A program made the position numbers and the translations under genes. From an uncultured Verrucomicrobiae bacterium (GTDB lineage Bacteria; Verrucomicrobiota; Verrucomicrobiia; Chthoniobacterales; JAATET01): 64,000 nt of DNA. Positions within the stretch are counted from its first letter, which is position 1, and each line of letters opens with the position of its first letter. Location: positions 416,001 through 480,000 of the forward strand of contig CAVRCI010000013.1 of NCBI GenBank assembly GCA_963719495.1. Direction: 5' to 3'. The notes below the pieces were generated by a model that did no database searches, was not told where the DNA came from, and saw nothing but the letters and a program-made list of their open reading frames with translations. Below, piece after piece: positions 1 through 9,291 of the stretch.

Positions 1-1244
1 TCGGCCTCGAGCAGCAGGGAGTCAGCCACTGGGACCTCGAGGATTCCCTCGCCGAGCTCGAACAACTCGCCGCCACCGCCGGAGCCGAAGTCGTCGACAC
101 CTTCGTGCAAAAGCTCGATAAACCGACCGCCCCCTATTACATCGGCAAAGGTAAAGCCGAGGAGGTCCGCGTCGCCTGTCGCGGCAAGCGCGCGAATTCC
201 ATCATCTTCGACGACGAACTCTCACCCGCCCAGGGCCGCAACCTCGAGAAGCTCACCGACCGGAAGGTCCTCGACCGCACCCAGCTCATTCTCGACATCT
301 TCGCCAAGCGCGCCCGCACCAGGGAAGGCCGCCTCCAGATCGAGCTCGCCCAGCTCCAATACCTCCTCCCCCGCCTCACCCGCATGTGGACCCACCTTTC
401 GCGCCAAAACGGCGGCATCGGCACCCGCGGCCCCGGCGAGACCCAGCTCGAAGTCGACCGCCGCCGCGTGCAGGACCGCATCGGCAAACTCGAACGCGAC
501 CTCCGCGAAGTGCGAAAAAATCGCACCGTCCAGCGCGAAGGCCGCCTCCGCCACAACTGGCCGGTCTGCGCCGTGATCGGCTACACCAACGCCGGCAAAT
601 CCTCCCTCCTCAACCGCCTCACCGGCTCCCACGTCCTCGCCGAGAACAAGCTCTTCGCCACCCTCGACCCCACGACCCGCCAGTTCGTCCTCCCCAACAA
701 CCAGAAGACGCTCCTCACCGACACCGTCGGCTTCATCCGCAAGCTCCCGACCACCGTCATCGAATCCTTCAAAGCCACGCTCGAAGAGGTCGCTCTCGCC
801 GACATCCTCCTCCACGTCATCGATGTCAGCCACCCCCACTTCCACGAGCAAATGGCCGCCGTCGACGCGACCCTCGCCGAGCTGGGTGCCAACGGCAAAC
901 AGACCGTCCTCATTTTCAACAAAATCGATCAGGTCCGTGATCAGGCCATCGTCGACAACGCGCTCGACCACCATCCGGGCAGCGTCGCCGTCTCCGCAAA
1001 GACCGGCGAAGGCATCGAAATCTTCCTCGACGAACTCGTCATCCGCCTCGCCGCCTGGCGCCTGAAAGCCGAGTTCCACATCCCGGCCACCGCCTCCGCC
1101 GCCGTCGCCGAACTCCACCGCGTCGGCCACGTCCTCAGCACCCGCTACGACGGCGACACCATCATCGTCCGAGCCCACATCCCACCGGAACTGAAAAGCC
1201 GCTTCGCCGAATTCGAGCCGCGAAGTGAAGTGACTGCCCGCTAA
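1..1244 (+). CDS. hflX: GTPase HflX (5' end outside window)
   Basis: Frame is open from the window start (…SLAELEQLAATAGAEVV…). Motifs DRTQLILDIFA, GGIGTRGPGETQLE, G1 GYTNAGKSS, LFATLD, DTVGF, NKID. Confidence 0.97.
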   Translation, partial: GLEQQGVSHWDLEDSLAELEQLAATAGAEVVDTFVQKLDKPTAPYYIGKGKAEEVRVACRGKRANSIIFDDELSPAQGRNLEKLTDRKVLDRTQLILDIFAKRARTREGRLQIELAQLQYLLPRLTRMWTHLSRQNGGIGTRGPGETQLEVDRRRVQDRIGKLERDLREVRKNRTVQREGRLRHNWPVCAVIGYTNAGKSSLLNRLTGSHVLAENKLFATLDPTTRQFVLPNNQKTLLTDTVGFIRKLPTTVIESFKATLEEVALADILLHVIDVSHPHFHEQMAAVDATLAELGANGKQTVLIFNKIDQVRDQAIVDNALDHHPGSVAVSAKTGEGIEIFLDELVIRLAAWRLKAEFHIPATASAAVAELHRVGHVLSTRYDGDTIIVRAHIPPELKSRFAEFEPRSEVTAR

Positions 1245-1328
1245 ACACGCGAAACGACGCAAATGGGATGAGGGGAAAATGCATTTCCTCCAGTATCCAT
1301 TCGCGTAAATTCGCGTGTTTAGCGGGCA
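1235..1328. repeat. Hairpin/MITE-like element with 19-bp perfect inverted ends; contains the hflX stop codon
   Basis: tgcccgctaaacacgcgaa (1235-1253) is the reverse complement of ttcgcgtgtttagcgggca (1310-1328). Confidence 0.85.
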
Positions 1329-1364
1329 ACTCATCCAACCCCTCCGCGGGCACGTTAAACTTCC

Positions 1365-2588
1365 ATGATTTACGCTGACTCACCGGTCGCCCGCGCCCAC
1401 CGCGCCACCCGCCTCGGCGGGCTCGAGCTCCTCGAACGCTTCCTCCCCCGCGCCGCCGACTACACCGACCGCCGCAACTACGACCTCGGCCCCGACGACC
1501 GCACGAACGTCTCCCGCCTCTCGCCCTACCTCACCACCCGGCTCCTCAGTCAGCGCGACCTCCTCCAAGCCGTCCTCGCCCACCACCCCCAGGCCGACGT
1601 CACCAGCTTCATCCACCAGACCTGCTGGCGCACCTACTTCAAAGGCTGGCTCGAAATGCGCCCCGCCGTCTGGGACGACTGGCGCGCCGACTGCGAAGCG
1701 CTCGCCGGCAACGAGGCCGCCGCCCGCGCCCTGGCCTTCGTCGACTCGCCGACCGGCATCGATTGCTTCGACGCCTGGGCCGCCGAACTCATCGAGACCG
1801 GCTGGCTCCACAACCACGCCCGCATGTGGTTTGCCAGCATCTGGATCTTCACGCTCGGCCTCCCCTGGCAGCTCGGCGCGAAGTTTTTCTACACCCACCT
1901 CCTCGACGGCGACCCCGCCAGCAATACCCTCTCCTGGCGCTGGGTCGCCGGCATCCAGACGAAGGGCAAACACTACCTCGCCCGGTCCGAGAACATCGCG
2001 AAGTTCACCGAAGGCCGCTTCACCGGCGGCGACCGCCTCGACGAAAACGCCGCCCCCATCACCGACGACCGCGACTATCCGCCGCAAAATCTCGCCCTCC
2101 CCGACCCGGCCACGTTCCCGACCGAAGGCCGCATCGGCGTGCTCCTCCACGGCAAGGATTGCTCGTTCGAACTCACGCTCAGCCCAGCGGTCCAACCCGT
2201 CGCGGTCGCGGTCGGTTGGCCCTACGGATTCAATCAGCTCACCGGCTGGTCGCCCGCCGTCACGGAGTTCCGCAAGGAGGCGCTGCACGACGCCACCGAG
2301 CGCGCGATCCGCCGCTGGAATTGTCGACACGTCGACCTCTCCGCCGTCGAGGATTGGAGCAAAACCATCAACGAGTGGGCCGCCGCCGAGCGCCTCGACG
2401 CCATCATCACGCCCTACCTCACGGTCGGCCCGTGGCGCGACTTCCTCCGCCCCCGGCTCGCCGAAATCGACGTTCCCGTCCACGAAATCGTCCGCGACTG
2501 GGACCGCACCCTCTGGCCCCACGCCACCAAGGGCTTCTTCCCCTTCCGCAAACACATCCCCCCCGCCTTGAAAACCTTTGCGGCATAG
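1365..2588 (+). CDS. Photolyase/cryptochrome-family protein with N-terminal FAD-binding domain (inverted domain order, NewPHL-like)
   Basis: VSRLSPYL, TGIDCFDAW..ELIETGWLHNHARMWFAS and LLDGDPASNTLSWRWVAG all lie in the first ~220 aa, followed by an alpha/beta domain. Confidence 0.85.
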   Translation: MIYADSPVARAHRATRLGGLELLERFLPRAADYTDRRNYDLGPDDRTNVSRLSPYLTTRLLSQRDLLQAVLAHHPQADVTSFIHQTCWRTYFKGWLEMRPAVWDDWRADCEALAGNEAAARALAFVDSPTGIDCFDAWAAELIETGWLHNHARMWFASIWIFTLGLPWQLGAKFFYTHLLDGDPASNTLSWRWVAGIQTKGKHYLARSENIAKFTEGRFTGGDRLDENAAPITDDRDYPPQNLALPDPATFPTEGRIGVLLHGKDCSFELTLSPAVQPVAVAVGWPYGFNQLTGWSPAVTEFRKEALHDATERAIRRWNCRHVDLSAVEDWSKTINEWAAAERLDAIITPYLTVGPWRDFLRPRLAEIDVPVHEIVRDWDRTLWPHATKGFFPFRKHIPPALKTFAA

Positions 2589-2597
2589 CCGCAAACA

Positions 2598-2624
2598 CGT
2601 GGAATCGGCTTCCAGCCGATCACC
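2598..2624 (+). repeat. REP-like palindrome ATCGGCT-TCC-AGCCGAT (other copies ~6158 and ~12241)
   Basis: cgtggaatcggcttccagccgatcacc is identical at 2598 and 6158; the core is also at ~12247. Confidence 0.85.
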
Positions 2625-2651
2625 ACCTCAAAGATCGGCCTCGAGCCGATC

Positions 2652-5015
2652 TCACTTCCCCCCAACGCTCCGACCCACCGGACCACCCACCGGCACCGAA
2701 GGCGCCCACTTCAACCAAGCCCCCTTCGGCTTCTCGTAAAGCGGAAACCGGCTCCCGTCCCCCACGCGCTCGCCGAGATCCGCGTCGTCCGGCGTGGCGA
2801 ACGCGATGCCGCCCAACGTGAGCGTCGTCAGCGGCGTCGGCTCGACCTTCAAAAACAAAAACCCAAGCGACGCCTTGAGACCGCCCACGTCCCAGAACCG
2901 CGTATTCGTCCGCACGAGCGGTGCGTATCGCGGCTCGATCTCCACCACGAGATCCACCTTCCCCGCCTCCGGCGACAACGCCTTCCGCAGCACCTTCCCG
3001 ACCGTCACCCCGCGGTAAAACACCGGCGCGTTCACGCCGATCTTCGTCGTCTCCGCCGCCAACACGACCTGCAAGCCAGACTCGACGACGGCCTGCAAGT
3101 CCTCGGCCGCCTCCTCGGCGACCTCCGTCGATTGCGCGACGAATTCCTCCGCCGGCTCGTCGCCCGTCCCCGGCACGCAATCGATGTAAACCCCGCTCAC
3201 CAAAGTCTCCAACCCCGTCACCCCCTCGAGCGACACCTCCGGTCGAACCATCGTGAATACGCTCCCCCTCCGCCGCAGCATCGGATACCCGGCCTCGAAC
3301 CGCGCCACGACGCGCACCCCGTCCTCCTCGACCGTCACCGATTCCACCAAACCCACCGGCAACCCGCGGAACCGCATTTGAGTCCGGCCCGCGACCAATC
3401 CCTGACCATCCGCAAACGAGATCCGAATCGGCGGCGACACCGCCCGCGCCGCCGCCTCCGTCTCGAACAACGAATACGCCGCGCCGTCCGCCGCCGACCC
3501 CGCCGCTTCACCGAAGACGTCGAACTCCACCCCACCTTGCAACAGCGAATCCAGCCCATCGACCGCCAGCTGTAGTCCCCCCGGCCCCACGCCCACCGTG
3601 ATCGCCGACGAAGCCCAGAAGCGCGCATTTTCCCGCACCGTCGACGCGGAGTCCGGCTCGATCACGATCTTCAGCTCCGCCGTCCCGTTCTCCCCGATTC
3701 CCTTGCCGATCACCCGACCGACCACGACGCCCCGCCGCATCACCGGAGCCCCCACCCCAAGCGCCCCGATCCGCCGCGCCGCCACCGTGATCGCCAACCC
3801 CTGATCGCTCGTCGGCAGCGTCAGCCAATCCGTGCCCGGCGTCCGCCCCTCGAAGGTCTCCCCCATCACCGTCCCGTCGCCCGGCTCGCAGGCGATGTAG
3901 TTTCCGTTGAGCAGCGTATCCAGCCCCGACACGCCCTCGAGCGTCACCCGCGCCCGCACCAGCGTGAACCCCGCCCCGTCGCTACGAAACCGGTCGAACT
4001 CCGGCTCCAGGTGCGCGACCACGTCGACCTTGCCACTTTCGAGATTCAACTCCGCCGAGGCCACGATCCCGATCGTGACGTCGAGGTAACGCAATTCCGT
4101 CTCGCCCGCGACCAAGCCCAGACCACTGTCGAACGTGATGTGGATCGGCGGCGACGTCGCTCGTGCCGCCGCCTCGGTGGCGAACAGTTGGAACTCCGCC
4201 TCGTCCTCGACCGGCTCACCCCGGTCGCCGAAGGAATCGAACTCGATCCCGCCCTGCACCAACGCCGCCACGCTCGGCACCGCCAGACTCACGCCGGACG
4301 CACCCGTCTTGAGCGACGCCAACGGCATCTGCCAGAACCGCGAATTCTTCCCCACCAGATCGCTGAATTCTTCCCCCACCACGACCTCGAGCAGCGGATC
4401 CCCCGCCTCGTCCAGCTTCGCCTCGTTCACCGCGCCCACCGCCACCCCGCGGTGGAAGACCGGCGCGCCCCGCACGATCCGGGGCATCGTTTGCGGCCGC
4501 AGACTCAGCACCACCGACGGCGCTTCCAACGGCTCGATCGGCATCTGACTCAATCCCTCGAAATGCGTCGCCCGTTCGCCGCCCCCGAGCCGGGCTTGCA
4601 GAGAATTCCCCTGGATGATCGATTCCAACCCCGACAATTGCACCAACGACACGACCGGTTTATCGATCCAGAAGATCGTCTTCTCCCGCGCAAGCTCCTC
4701 CGCAAACGCCTGCAGCAGCACCGTCACCCGCACCCCCCCGAGGTTCGGCCGCAACTCGACCTTCGTCACCTTCCCGGCCTCCGCCCCCCGGTAGAGCAGC
4801 ACCGTCTTCCCCGCCTGCAGCCCCGGCGCCGCGTCGAAATCGATCTCGATCTCCGGCCCCCGCGACCTCCAATTCGAAAAAAACAGCCAGCCCGCCGCCG
4901 TGATCGCGAGCACCGGAAAGATCCACGCCCCCGAGACCCGCCAACGCCCCCCGCGCACGACCTCGCCGTGATCCTCCCGTTCCGGGCCGGGCGTGGGTTC
5001 GTCGGAGTTCGTCAT
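2652..5015 (-). CDS. LetB/PqiB-family multi-MCE (MlaD) intermembrane lipid transport protein, six MCE repeats
   Basis: N-terminal TM (WIFPVLAITAAGWLFF) then six repeats of the ...GL/GAP..YRG..VG.V pattern. ATG 5015 overlaps the pqiA stop (ATGA). Confidence 0.9.
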   Translation of the reverse strand: MTNSDEPTPGPEREDHGEVVRGGRWRVSGAWIFPVLAITAAGWLFFSNWRSRGPEIEIDFDAAPGLQAGKTVLLYRGAEAGKVTKVELRPNLGGVRVTVLLQAFAEELAREKTIFWIDKPVVSLVQLSGLESIIQGNSLQARLGGGERATHFEGLSQMPIEPLEAPSVVLSLRPQTMPRIVRGAPVFHRGVAVGAVNEAKLDEAGDPLLEVVVGEEFSDLVGKNSRFWQMPLASLKTGASGVSLAVPSVAALVQGGIEFDSFGDRGEPVEDEAEFQLFATEAAARATSPPIHITFDSGLGLVAGETELRYLDVTIGIVASAELNLESGKVDVVAHLEPEFDRFRSDGAGFTLVRARVTLEGVSGLDTLLNGNYIACEPGDGTVMGETFEGRTPGTDWLTLPTSDQGLAITVAARRIGALGVGAPVMRRGVVVGRVIGKGIGENGTAELKIVIEPDSASTVRENARFWASSAITVGVGPGGLQLAVDGLDSLLQGGVEFDVFGEAAGSAADGAAYSLFETEAAARAVSPPIRISFADGQGLVAGRTQMRFRGLPVGLVESVTVEEDGVRVVARFEAGYPMLRRRGSVFTMVRPEVSLEGVTGLETLVSGVYIDCVPGTGDEPAEEFVAQSTEVAEEAAEDLQAVVESGLQVVLAAETTKIGVNAPVFYRGVTVGKVLRKALSPEAGKVDLVVEIEPRYAPLVRTNTRFWDVGGLKASLGFLFLKVEPTPLTTLTLGGIAFATPDDADLGERVGDGSRFPLYEKPKGAWLKWAPSVPVGGPVGRSVGGK

Positions 5016-5530
5016 GTCGCCGGAGCCGCGTCGTTCTGCCAGATCCACTTCGATTCGTAAACCTCCGCCGCAACCAACGTGGCCACCAGCACCGCCGCGA
5101 AAAAGAACGCCCCCGGCCCGGCCTCGACGCTCGCGAGAATCCCCAACTGCCCCACCCCCACCAGGATCGACAACAAAAACAGGTCGATCATCGACCAATT
5201 CCCGATCTTGTGCAGAAACCGCAGCAACTTCGTCCTCTCCCGCCGCCACTCCGGCCGCCCGTGCATGAGCAGCAGCCAGCTCAAGCTCGCCAGTTTGCCA
5301 AATGGCACCACGATGCTCGCCAGAAAAACGATCCCCGCCACCAACACCAAACCCGAATGATACAGCTCCAGCACCCCACCGATGATCGTGAGCACCTCGA
5401 CCTGACCCGTCACCGTGATCGTCATCACCGGCAGCACGTTCGCCGGCACGTAGAGCACCAACCCCGCCGCCACCAGCGCCGCCGCCCGCTGCCACCCTAC
5501 CCCGCGGTCCACCCCAGCCCGCTCAGTCAT
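5012..5530 (-). CDS. pqiA: Paraquat-inducible protein A (PqiA/LetA) membrane domain
   Basis: LYVPANVLPVM, IVFLASIVVPFGKL, IGNWSMIDLFLLSILV. Confidence 0.9.
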   Translation of the reverse strand: MTERAGVDRGVGWQRAAALVAAGLVLYVPANVLPVMTITVTGQVEVLTIIGGVLELYHSGLVLVAGIVFLASIVVPFGKLASLSWLLLMHGRPEWRRERTKLLRFLHKIGNWSMIDLFLLSILVGVGQLGILASVEAGPGAFFFAAVLVATLVAAEVYESKWIWQNDAAPAT

Positions 5531-5554
5531 CGCAGTCCCCCCAGCCCCCCCCAG

Positions 5555-6214
5555 TCATCGCAGTTCCGCCACCCGACGCTCCGCCGCCACCCGGTCGAAC
5601 GTCCCGATCACCGCCCACGAACACACCGAGAGCAGCACGATCCACAACGACCCCCGCCGCCACACCACCTCACCCAGCAACTCCAGCCGCACCACCGCGA
5701 CCAGGATCCCCACCGCGTAGACCATCACGAGATTCCAAGGCGCCAACCGCTCGATCATCCCCGCCAACGACTCGACCCCCGGCCACCGCCGCCCCGCCCC
5801 GCACGCCGCCGCGACGTAGCCCGCCGCCCCCAGGTGCATCACCGGCCCCGCGATCGCCGCAAAAGCCACCAACACCGCCACCGGCCAGTAACCCTGCGCG
5901 ATCAACCCGATCACGCCGGTCAGGATCTCGTTCGACTGCCGGTTCCCCGCCACGTTCAGCGTGAGAATCGGATCCAGATTTGCCAGCACCACCAGCACCA
6001 ACCCCGTCACCGCCAAAGCCAGCAAAGACTGCCACGTCCCTTCCCTTCGCCACGACCGCAACCGGCCGCCACACCGCCGACACCGGATCCCATCCCCCCG
6101 CGAAAGCGCCCGATCCCGGCACCCCGCCCCACAATCCGGACAAATCAACCACCCCAACGTGGAATCGGCTTCCAGCCGATCACCAACCCGCCGCGAAGCG
6201 CACTCCGAACTCAT
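5555..6214 (-). CDS. pqiA: Paraquat-inducible protein A (PqiA/LetA), zinc ribbon plus membrane domain
   Basis: CPDC...CRRC zinc ribbon, then LVVLANLDPIL and PWNLVMVYAVGILVAVVRL. Start codon uncertain. Confidence 0.85.
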   Translation of the reverse strand: MSSECASRRVGDRLEADSTLGWLICPDCGAGCRDRALSRGDGIRCRRCGGRLRSWRREGTWQSLLALAVTGLVLVVLANLDPILTLNVAGNRQSNEILTGVIGLIAQGYWPVAVLVAFAAIAGPVMHLGAAGYVAAACGAGRRWPGVESLAGMIERLAPWNLVMVYAVGILVAVVRLELLGEVVWRRGSLWIVLLSVCSWAVIGTFDRVAAERRVAELR

Positions 6215-6243
6215 CGCCGAACCCCCCGCACCCCCGCCACGCC

Positions 6244-7065
6244 TCACACCCCCAACCGCGCAAACAACTCGTTCAGCGGCAGTTGAATCCCGATGTAAAA
6301 CTCTCCGAAGTCCGCGTAATCCGCGCTCACCGGATCGAACCGCATCTCATACACGATCGCCTTGATCTCGCTCGTCGTGTGCGCAAAGAGCGTCACCCCC
6401 CACTCCGCGTCATCCAGCCCCGTCGACCCAGTGATCAACTGCCGCACCCGCCCCGCATACGTCCGCCCCACCTTCGCGTGGCCCGCCATCAGCCTCTTCC
6501 GCTCCGCGAAATCCAGCGCATACCAATTCTGCCCCACCGCGCGCCGCTTCGCCATCGGGTAGAAACAAAAGACCGGCCAATCCGCGAGATTCGGCTCCAG
6601 CCGGTCTTTCGCGTATTTCGTCATCCGCTCGCGGAACTCGACCAACTTCGCGTCCGACTCCGCCGACCCGACCTTCAGGCCATCCTCCGCCTCCAACGAC
6701 GCCGCGTAATCCGCCTCGCTCGTCGTGTATTCGCTCCGCTCCGTCATCGACAAATAACTGAACTCCGGCGTGAGAATCCCCGGCCCCAGCGACAGCGTCA
6801 GTTGCTTGCCGATCCGGTCCAGCGCTTGAAGATCCGGACACACCAGCATGAACCCCACGTCCGCCCGCGGCGTCACCATGCTCAGCGTGAGAAGCTGCGT
6901 GTCGTCCTCCGCCCGCACGTCCTTCACCAGATTCGCCAGATCCGTCTTCGCCGCCAGCCGGTCCTCGTTGCTCAGCAATTCCCACGACCCGTAGTCGACT
7001 CGGTAAAAGACGTGGAGGACGTGGCGTCCCTCCGTGGGCAAAATCGGGGTGGTCTCGGATTCCAT
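6244..7065 (-). CDS. hemQ: Coproheme decarboxylase (HemQ/ChdC, chlorite dismutase superfamily)
   Basis: FCFYPMAKRR..QNWY.L, LMAGHAKVGRTY, RQLITGSTGLDDAEWGVTLF, EMRFDPVSADYADFGEFYIG. Confidence 0.88.
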   Translation of the reverse strand: MESETTPILPTEGRHVLHVFYRVDYGSWELLSNEDRLAAKTDLANLVKDVRAEDDTQLLTLSMVTPRADVGFMLVCPDLQALDRIGKQLTLSLGPGILTPEFSYLSMTERSEYTTSEADYAASLEAEDGLKVGSAESDAKLVEFRERMTKYAKDRLEPNLADWPVFCFYPMAKRRAVGQNWYALDFAERKRLMAGHAKVGRTYAGRVRQLITGSTGLDDAEWGVTLFAHTTSEIKAIVYEMRFDPVSADYADFGEFYIGIQLPLNELFARLGV

Positions 7066-7154
7066 GAGCCCACGAAAATCGGGCATTCCGCCGAAAAAAC
7101 AATTGCAATCCCCAGCGTCGTTCCTAGTTTGCGTCGTCTCAAAGGACTCACAAC

Positions 7155-7394
7155 ATGGCCGACGTAGAAAATAAATACTCAGAGAACAAAGACGGCGCAT
7201 ACTACTGCGACGATCAGTGCATCGATTGCGACCTCTGCCGCGAGACCGCTCCGGCGAATTTCACCCGCAACGACGACGGCGGCTACTCCTACGTCTACAA
7301 GCAGCCCGAGACCGACGAAGAGAAAGCCCTTTGCGACGAGGCCATGGAAGGCTGCCCCGTCGAGGCCATCGGCGCCGACGGCGCCGCCGCGTGA
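7155..7394 (+). CDS. Small single-cluster ferredoxin
   Basis: CIDCDLC...CPVEAI in an acidic 79-aa protein. Confidence 0.93.
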   Translation: MADVENKYSENKDGAYYCDDQCIDCDLCRETAPANFTRNDDGGYSYVYKQPETDEEKALCDEAMEGCPVEAIGADGAAA

Positions 7395-7425
7395 TCCGTA
7401 GCGCCACCCGGCGCTTCATTCGTCC

Positions 7426-7779
7426 ATGACCAAATCCCTCCACCGCCTGGTCCTCCAGGAATGGAGGGGTCTCCCGGAAACGACCCGGCCCGATCGCACC
7501 ATCGCGGTCGCGGACTCGATCCAGACCCTCGTCAGCCGCCTCGGCCTCACCGAGCGCATCGACGAAGGCGACATCCTCGCCGCCTGGCAGGAAGTCGTCG
7601 GCGACTTCATCGCCCAACATTCCAAACCCATCCGCCTCGTCGACGGCATCCTCCACGTCCAGGTCCTCCAACCCAGCGTCCGCTACGAGCTCGACCGAAC
7701 CTGGCGACCCAAGATCCTGGAAAAGCTGAGATCCCAATTCGGAGCCAAAACGGTCAAAGACCTCCGCTTCCGAACCTGA
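7426..7779 (+). CDS. DciA/DUF721-family protein
   Basis: AWQEVVGDFIAQHSKPIRLVDGILHV...ILEKL...VKDLRF pattern. Confidence 0.8.
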   Translation: MTKSLHRLVLQEWRGLPETTRPDRTIAVADSIQTLVSRLGLTERIDEGDILAAWQEVVGDFIAQHSKPIRLVDGILHVQVLQPSVRYELDRTWRPKILEKLRSQFGAKTVKDLRFRT

Positions 7780-7805
7780 GTCAGGGGCCAAAACCGCCCG
7801 CTCGA

Positions 7806-7960
7806 GGAGCGGCGATTTGCAATCGCCGAACCAACAAAAAGGCGAAGCCTCAAAATTCCCTCACCGGCTCAGCTCACAATGAAGCGTTGATATTGGAAAA
7901 CATCACTAGTTCAAGGAGCGGCGGCTTCCAGCCTCCGAACCAAGGCGAAGCCTCAAACCA
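7806..7960 (+). repeat. Two GGAG-headed REP-like palindromes with a shared GGCGAAGCCTCAAA tail (third copy 49864-49914)
   Basis: ggagcggcgatttgcaatcgccga at 7806 and 49864; ggagcggcggcttccagcctccg at 7915. Confidence 0.8.
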
Positions 7961-7994
7961 TTTCTCATTCCGCATTTCAAATTTCCCATTCTCA

Positions 7995-8615
7995 TTGATT
8001 AAAAACGTTCTCCTCGACTGGTCCGGCACGCTCGTCGACGACCTCGGCCCCGTCATCGTCGCCACCAACCTCATCTTCGCCGAATACGGCCGCGCCGCCC
8101 TCACCCGCGACGAATTCCGCCATCACTTCCGGCTCCCCTTTTCCGGCTTTTACGCGGAGCTCCTCCCCGAAGCCACCGCCGAAGGCCTCGACGAACTCTA
8201 CGAACACCACTTCGCCGGCCTCCAGGACGACGTCACCCTCCTCCCCGGCACCCTCGACTTCCTCGATTTCTGCACCCGCACCCACCGCCGCACCTTCCTC
8301 CTCAGCAGCATCCAACCCAGTCATTTCGAAACCCAGGCCTCCCGCCTCGGCGTCCGCGACCGCTTCGAGCACGCCTACGTCGGCGTGATCGACAAACGCG
8401 AGAAAATCAAAGAAATCCTCGCCACCCACGACCTCGACCCGGCCGAAACCATGTTCGTCGGCGACATGGTCCACGACATCGAAACCGCCCGCCACGGCGG
8501 AGTCCTCGGAGTCGCCGTCACCACCGGCTTCGACCCCATCGAAAAGCTCCTCCCCGCCAACCCCGCCGTCATCGTCGAGAACCTCACCGCCCTCCAACGC
8601 CTCCTGGCGGCCTGA
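7995..8615 (+). CDS. HAD-superfamily hydrolase (phosphoglycolate phosphatase-like)
   Basis: Motif I variant LLDWSGTLVDD and motif IV FVGDMVHD. TTG start inferred. Confidence 0.85.
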   Translation: MIKNVLLDWSGTLVDDLGPVIVATNLIFAEYGRAALTRDEFRHHFRLPFSGFYAELLPEATAEGLDELYEHHFAGLQDDVTLLPGTLDFLDFCTRTHRRTFLLSSIQPSHFETQASRLGVRDRFEHAYVGVIDKREKIKEILATHDLDPAETMFVGDMVHDIETARHGGVLGVAVTTGFDPIEKLLPANPAVIVENLTALQRLLAA

Positions 8616-8645
8616 CCGCCACCAAAGCAGCGCAGCTGCCAACCA

Positions 8646-8676
8646 CCCCCCGGAGGGCGAGGCTCCCGCCGAGCCG
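8646..8676 (+). repeat. REP-like element GGAGGGCGAGGCTCC..CCGAGCCG (second copy 11571-11601)
   Basis: Two copies differing at one base. Confidence 0.8.
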
Positions 8677-8740
8677 TAGCAAAACCACCAAGCGCCCAAC
8701 TCCACCCAGCCACGCCGCATCGCAACAAACCCCACGCCAA

Positions 8741-9109
8741 ATGTCCCCACCCGACACCATCGAGATCCGAGGCCTCCGCCTCCCCACCCACATCGGGGTC
8801 CCCGCCGACGAGCGCGCCACCGCCCAAACCGTCCTCGCCGACCTCGTCCTCACCCCGGCCACGTCCTTCTCCGACCTCGCCGACCGCATCGACGCCACCG
8901 TCGACTACGCCGCCGTCACCACCCGCATCGAGACCCTCGCCGCCGACCACCCCCGCCACCTCATCGAAACGTTGGCCGAAGAAGTCGCCCGATCGATCCT
9001 CACCGAGTTCGACGTCACGCAAGTCACCGTCACCATCCGCAAACACATCCTCCCGAACACGGAACACGTCGCCGTCACCTGCACCCGAGCCAGCGCTGGA
9101 AAAAGGTAG
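8741..9109 (+). CDS. folB: Dihydroneopterin aldolase
   Basis: DTIEIRGL...HIGV..DER, TVDY, LIETLAEEVA, VTIRK. Confidence 0.92.
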   Translation: MSPPDTIEIRGLRLPTHIGVPADERATAQTVLADLVLTPATSFSDLADRIDATVDYAAVTTRIETLAADHPRHLIETLAEEVARSILTEFDVTQVTVTIRKHILPNTEHVAVTCTRASAGKR

Positions 9110-9136
9110 GGCAGCCGGGCCCCGGGTGCCGTGACC
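9103..9136 (+). repeat. GTAG-headed REP-like palindrome (identical copy 54884-54917)
   Basis: aaggtagggcagccgggccccgggtgccgtgacc at both sites; its TAG is the stop codon of the upstream gene in both cases. Confidence 0.88.
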
Positions 9137-9291
9137 ATCTCCCAGAGCCCCCGATCCACCGCAACCCGCCGCCCAGCCGATGGACGCCTCGGCAAGCCGC
9201 GCCAGCGGGAGCCGATCGCGTCTCATTTCCTGAATCTTTCGCTACCTTCTGTTCAAAAACGCATCCGTCGCCCTATCCTCCCACCCGCACC

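Noticed and set aside
5016..5495. N-terminal extension of the 947-aa MCE ORF
   Set aside because: Overlaps pqiA in another frame; the ATG at 5015 fits the TM-first architecture.
7461..7994. Long N-terminal extension of the HAD ORF
   Set aside because: Runs through the DciA-like gene and repeat DNA; HAD motif I starts at ~7995.
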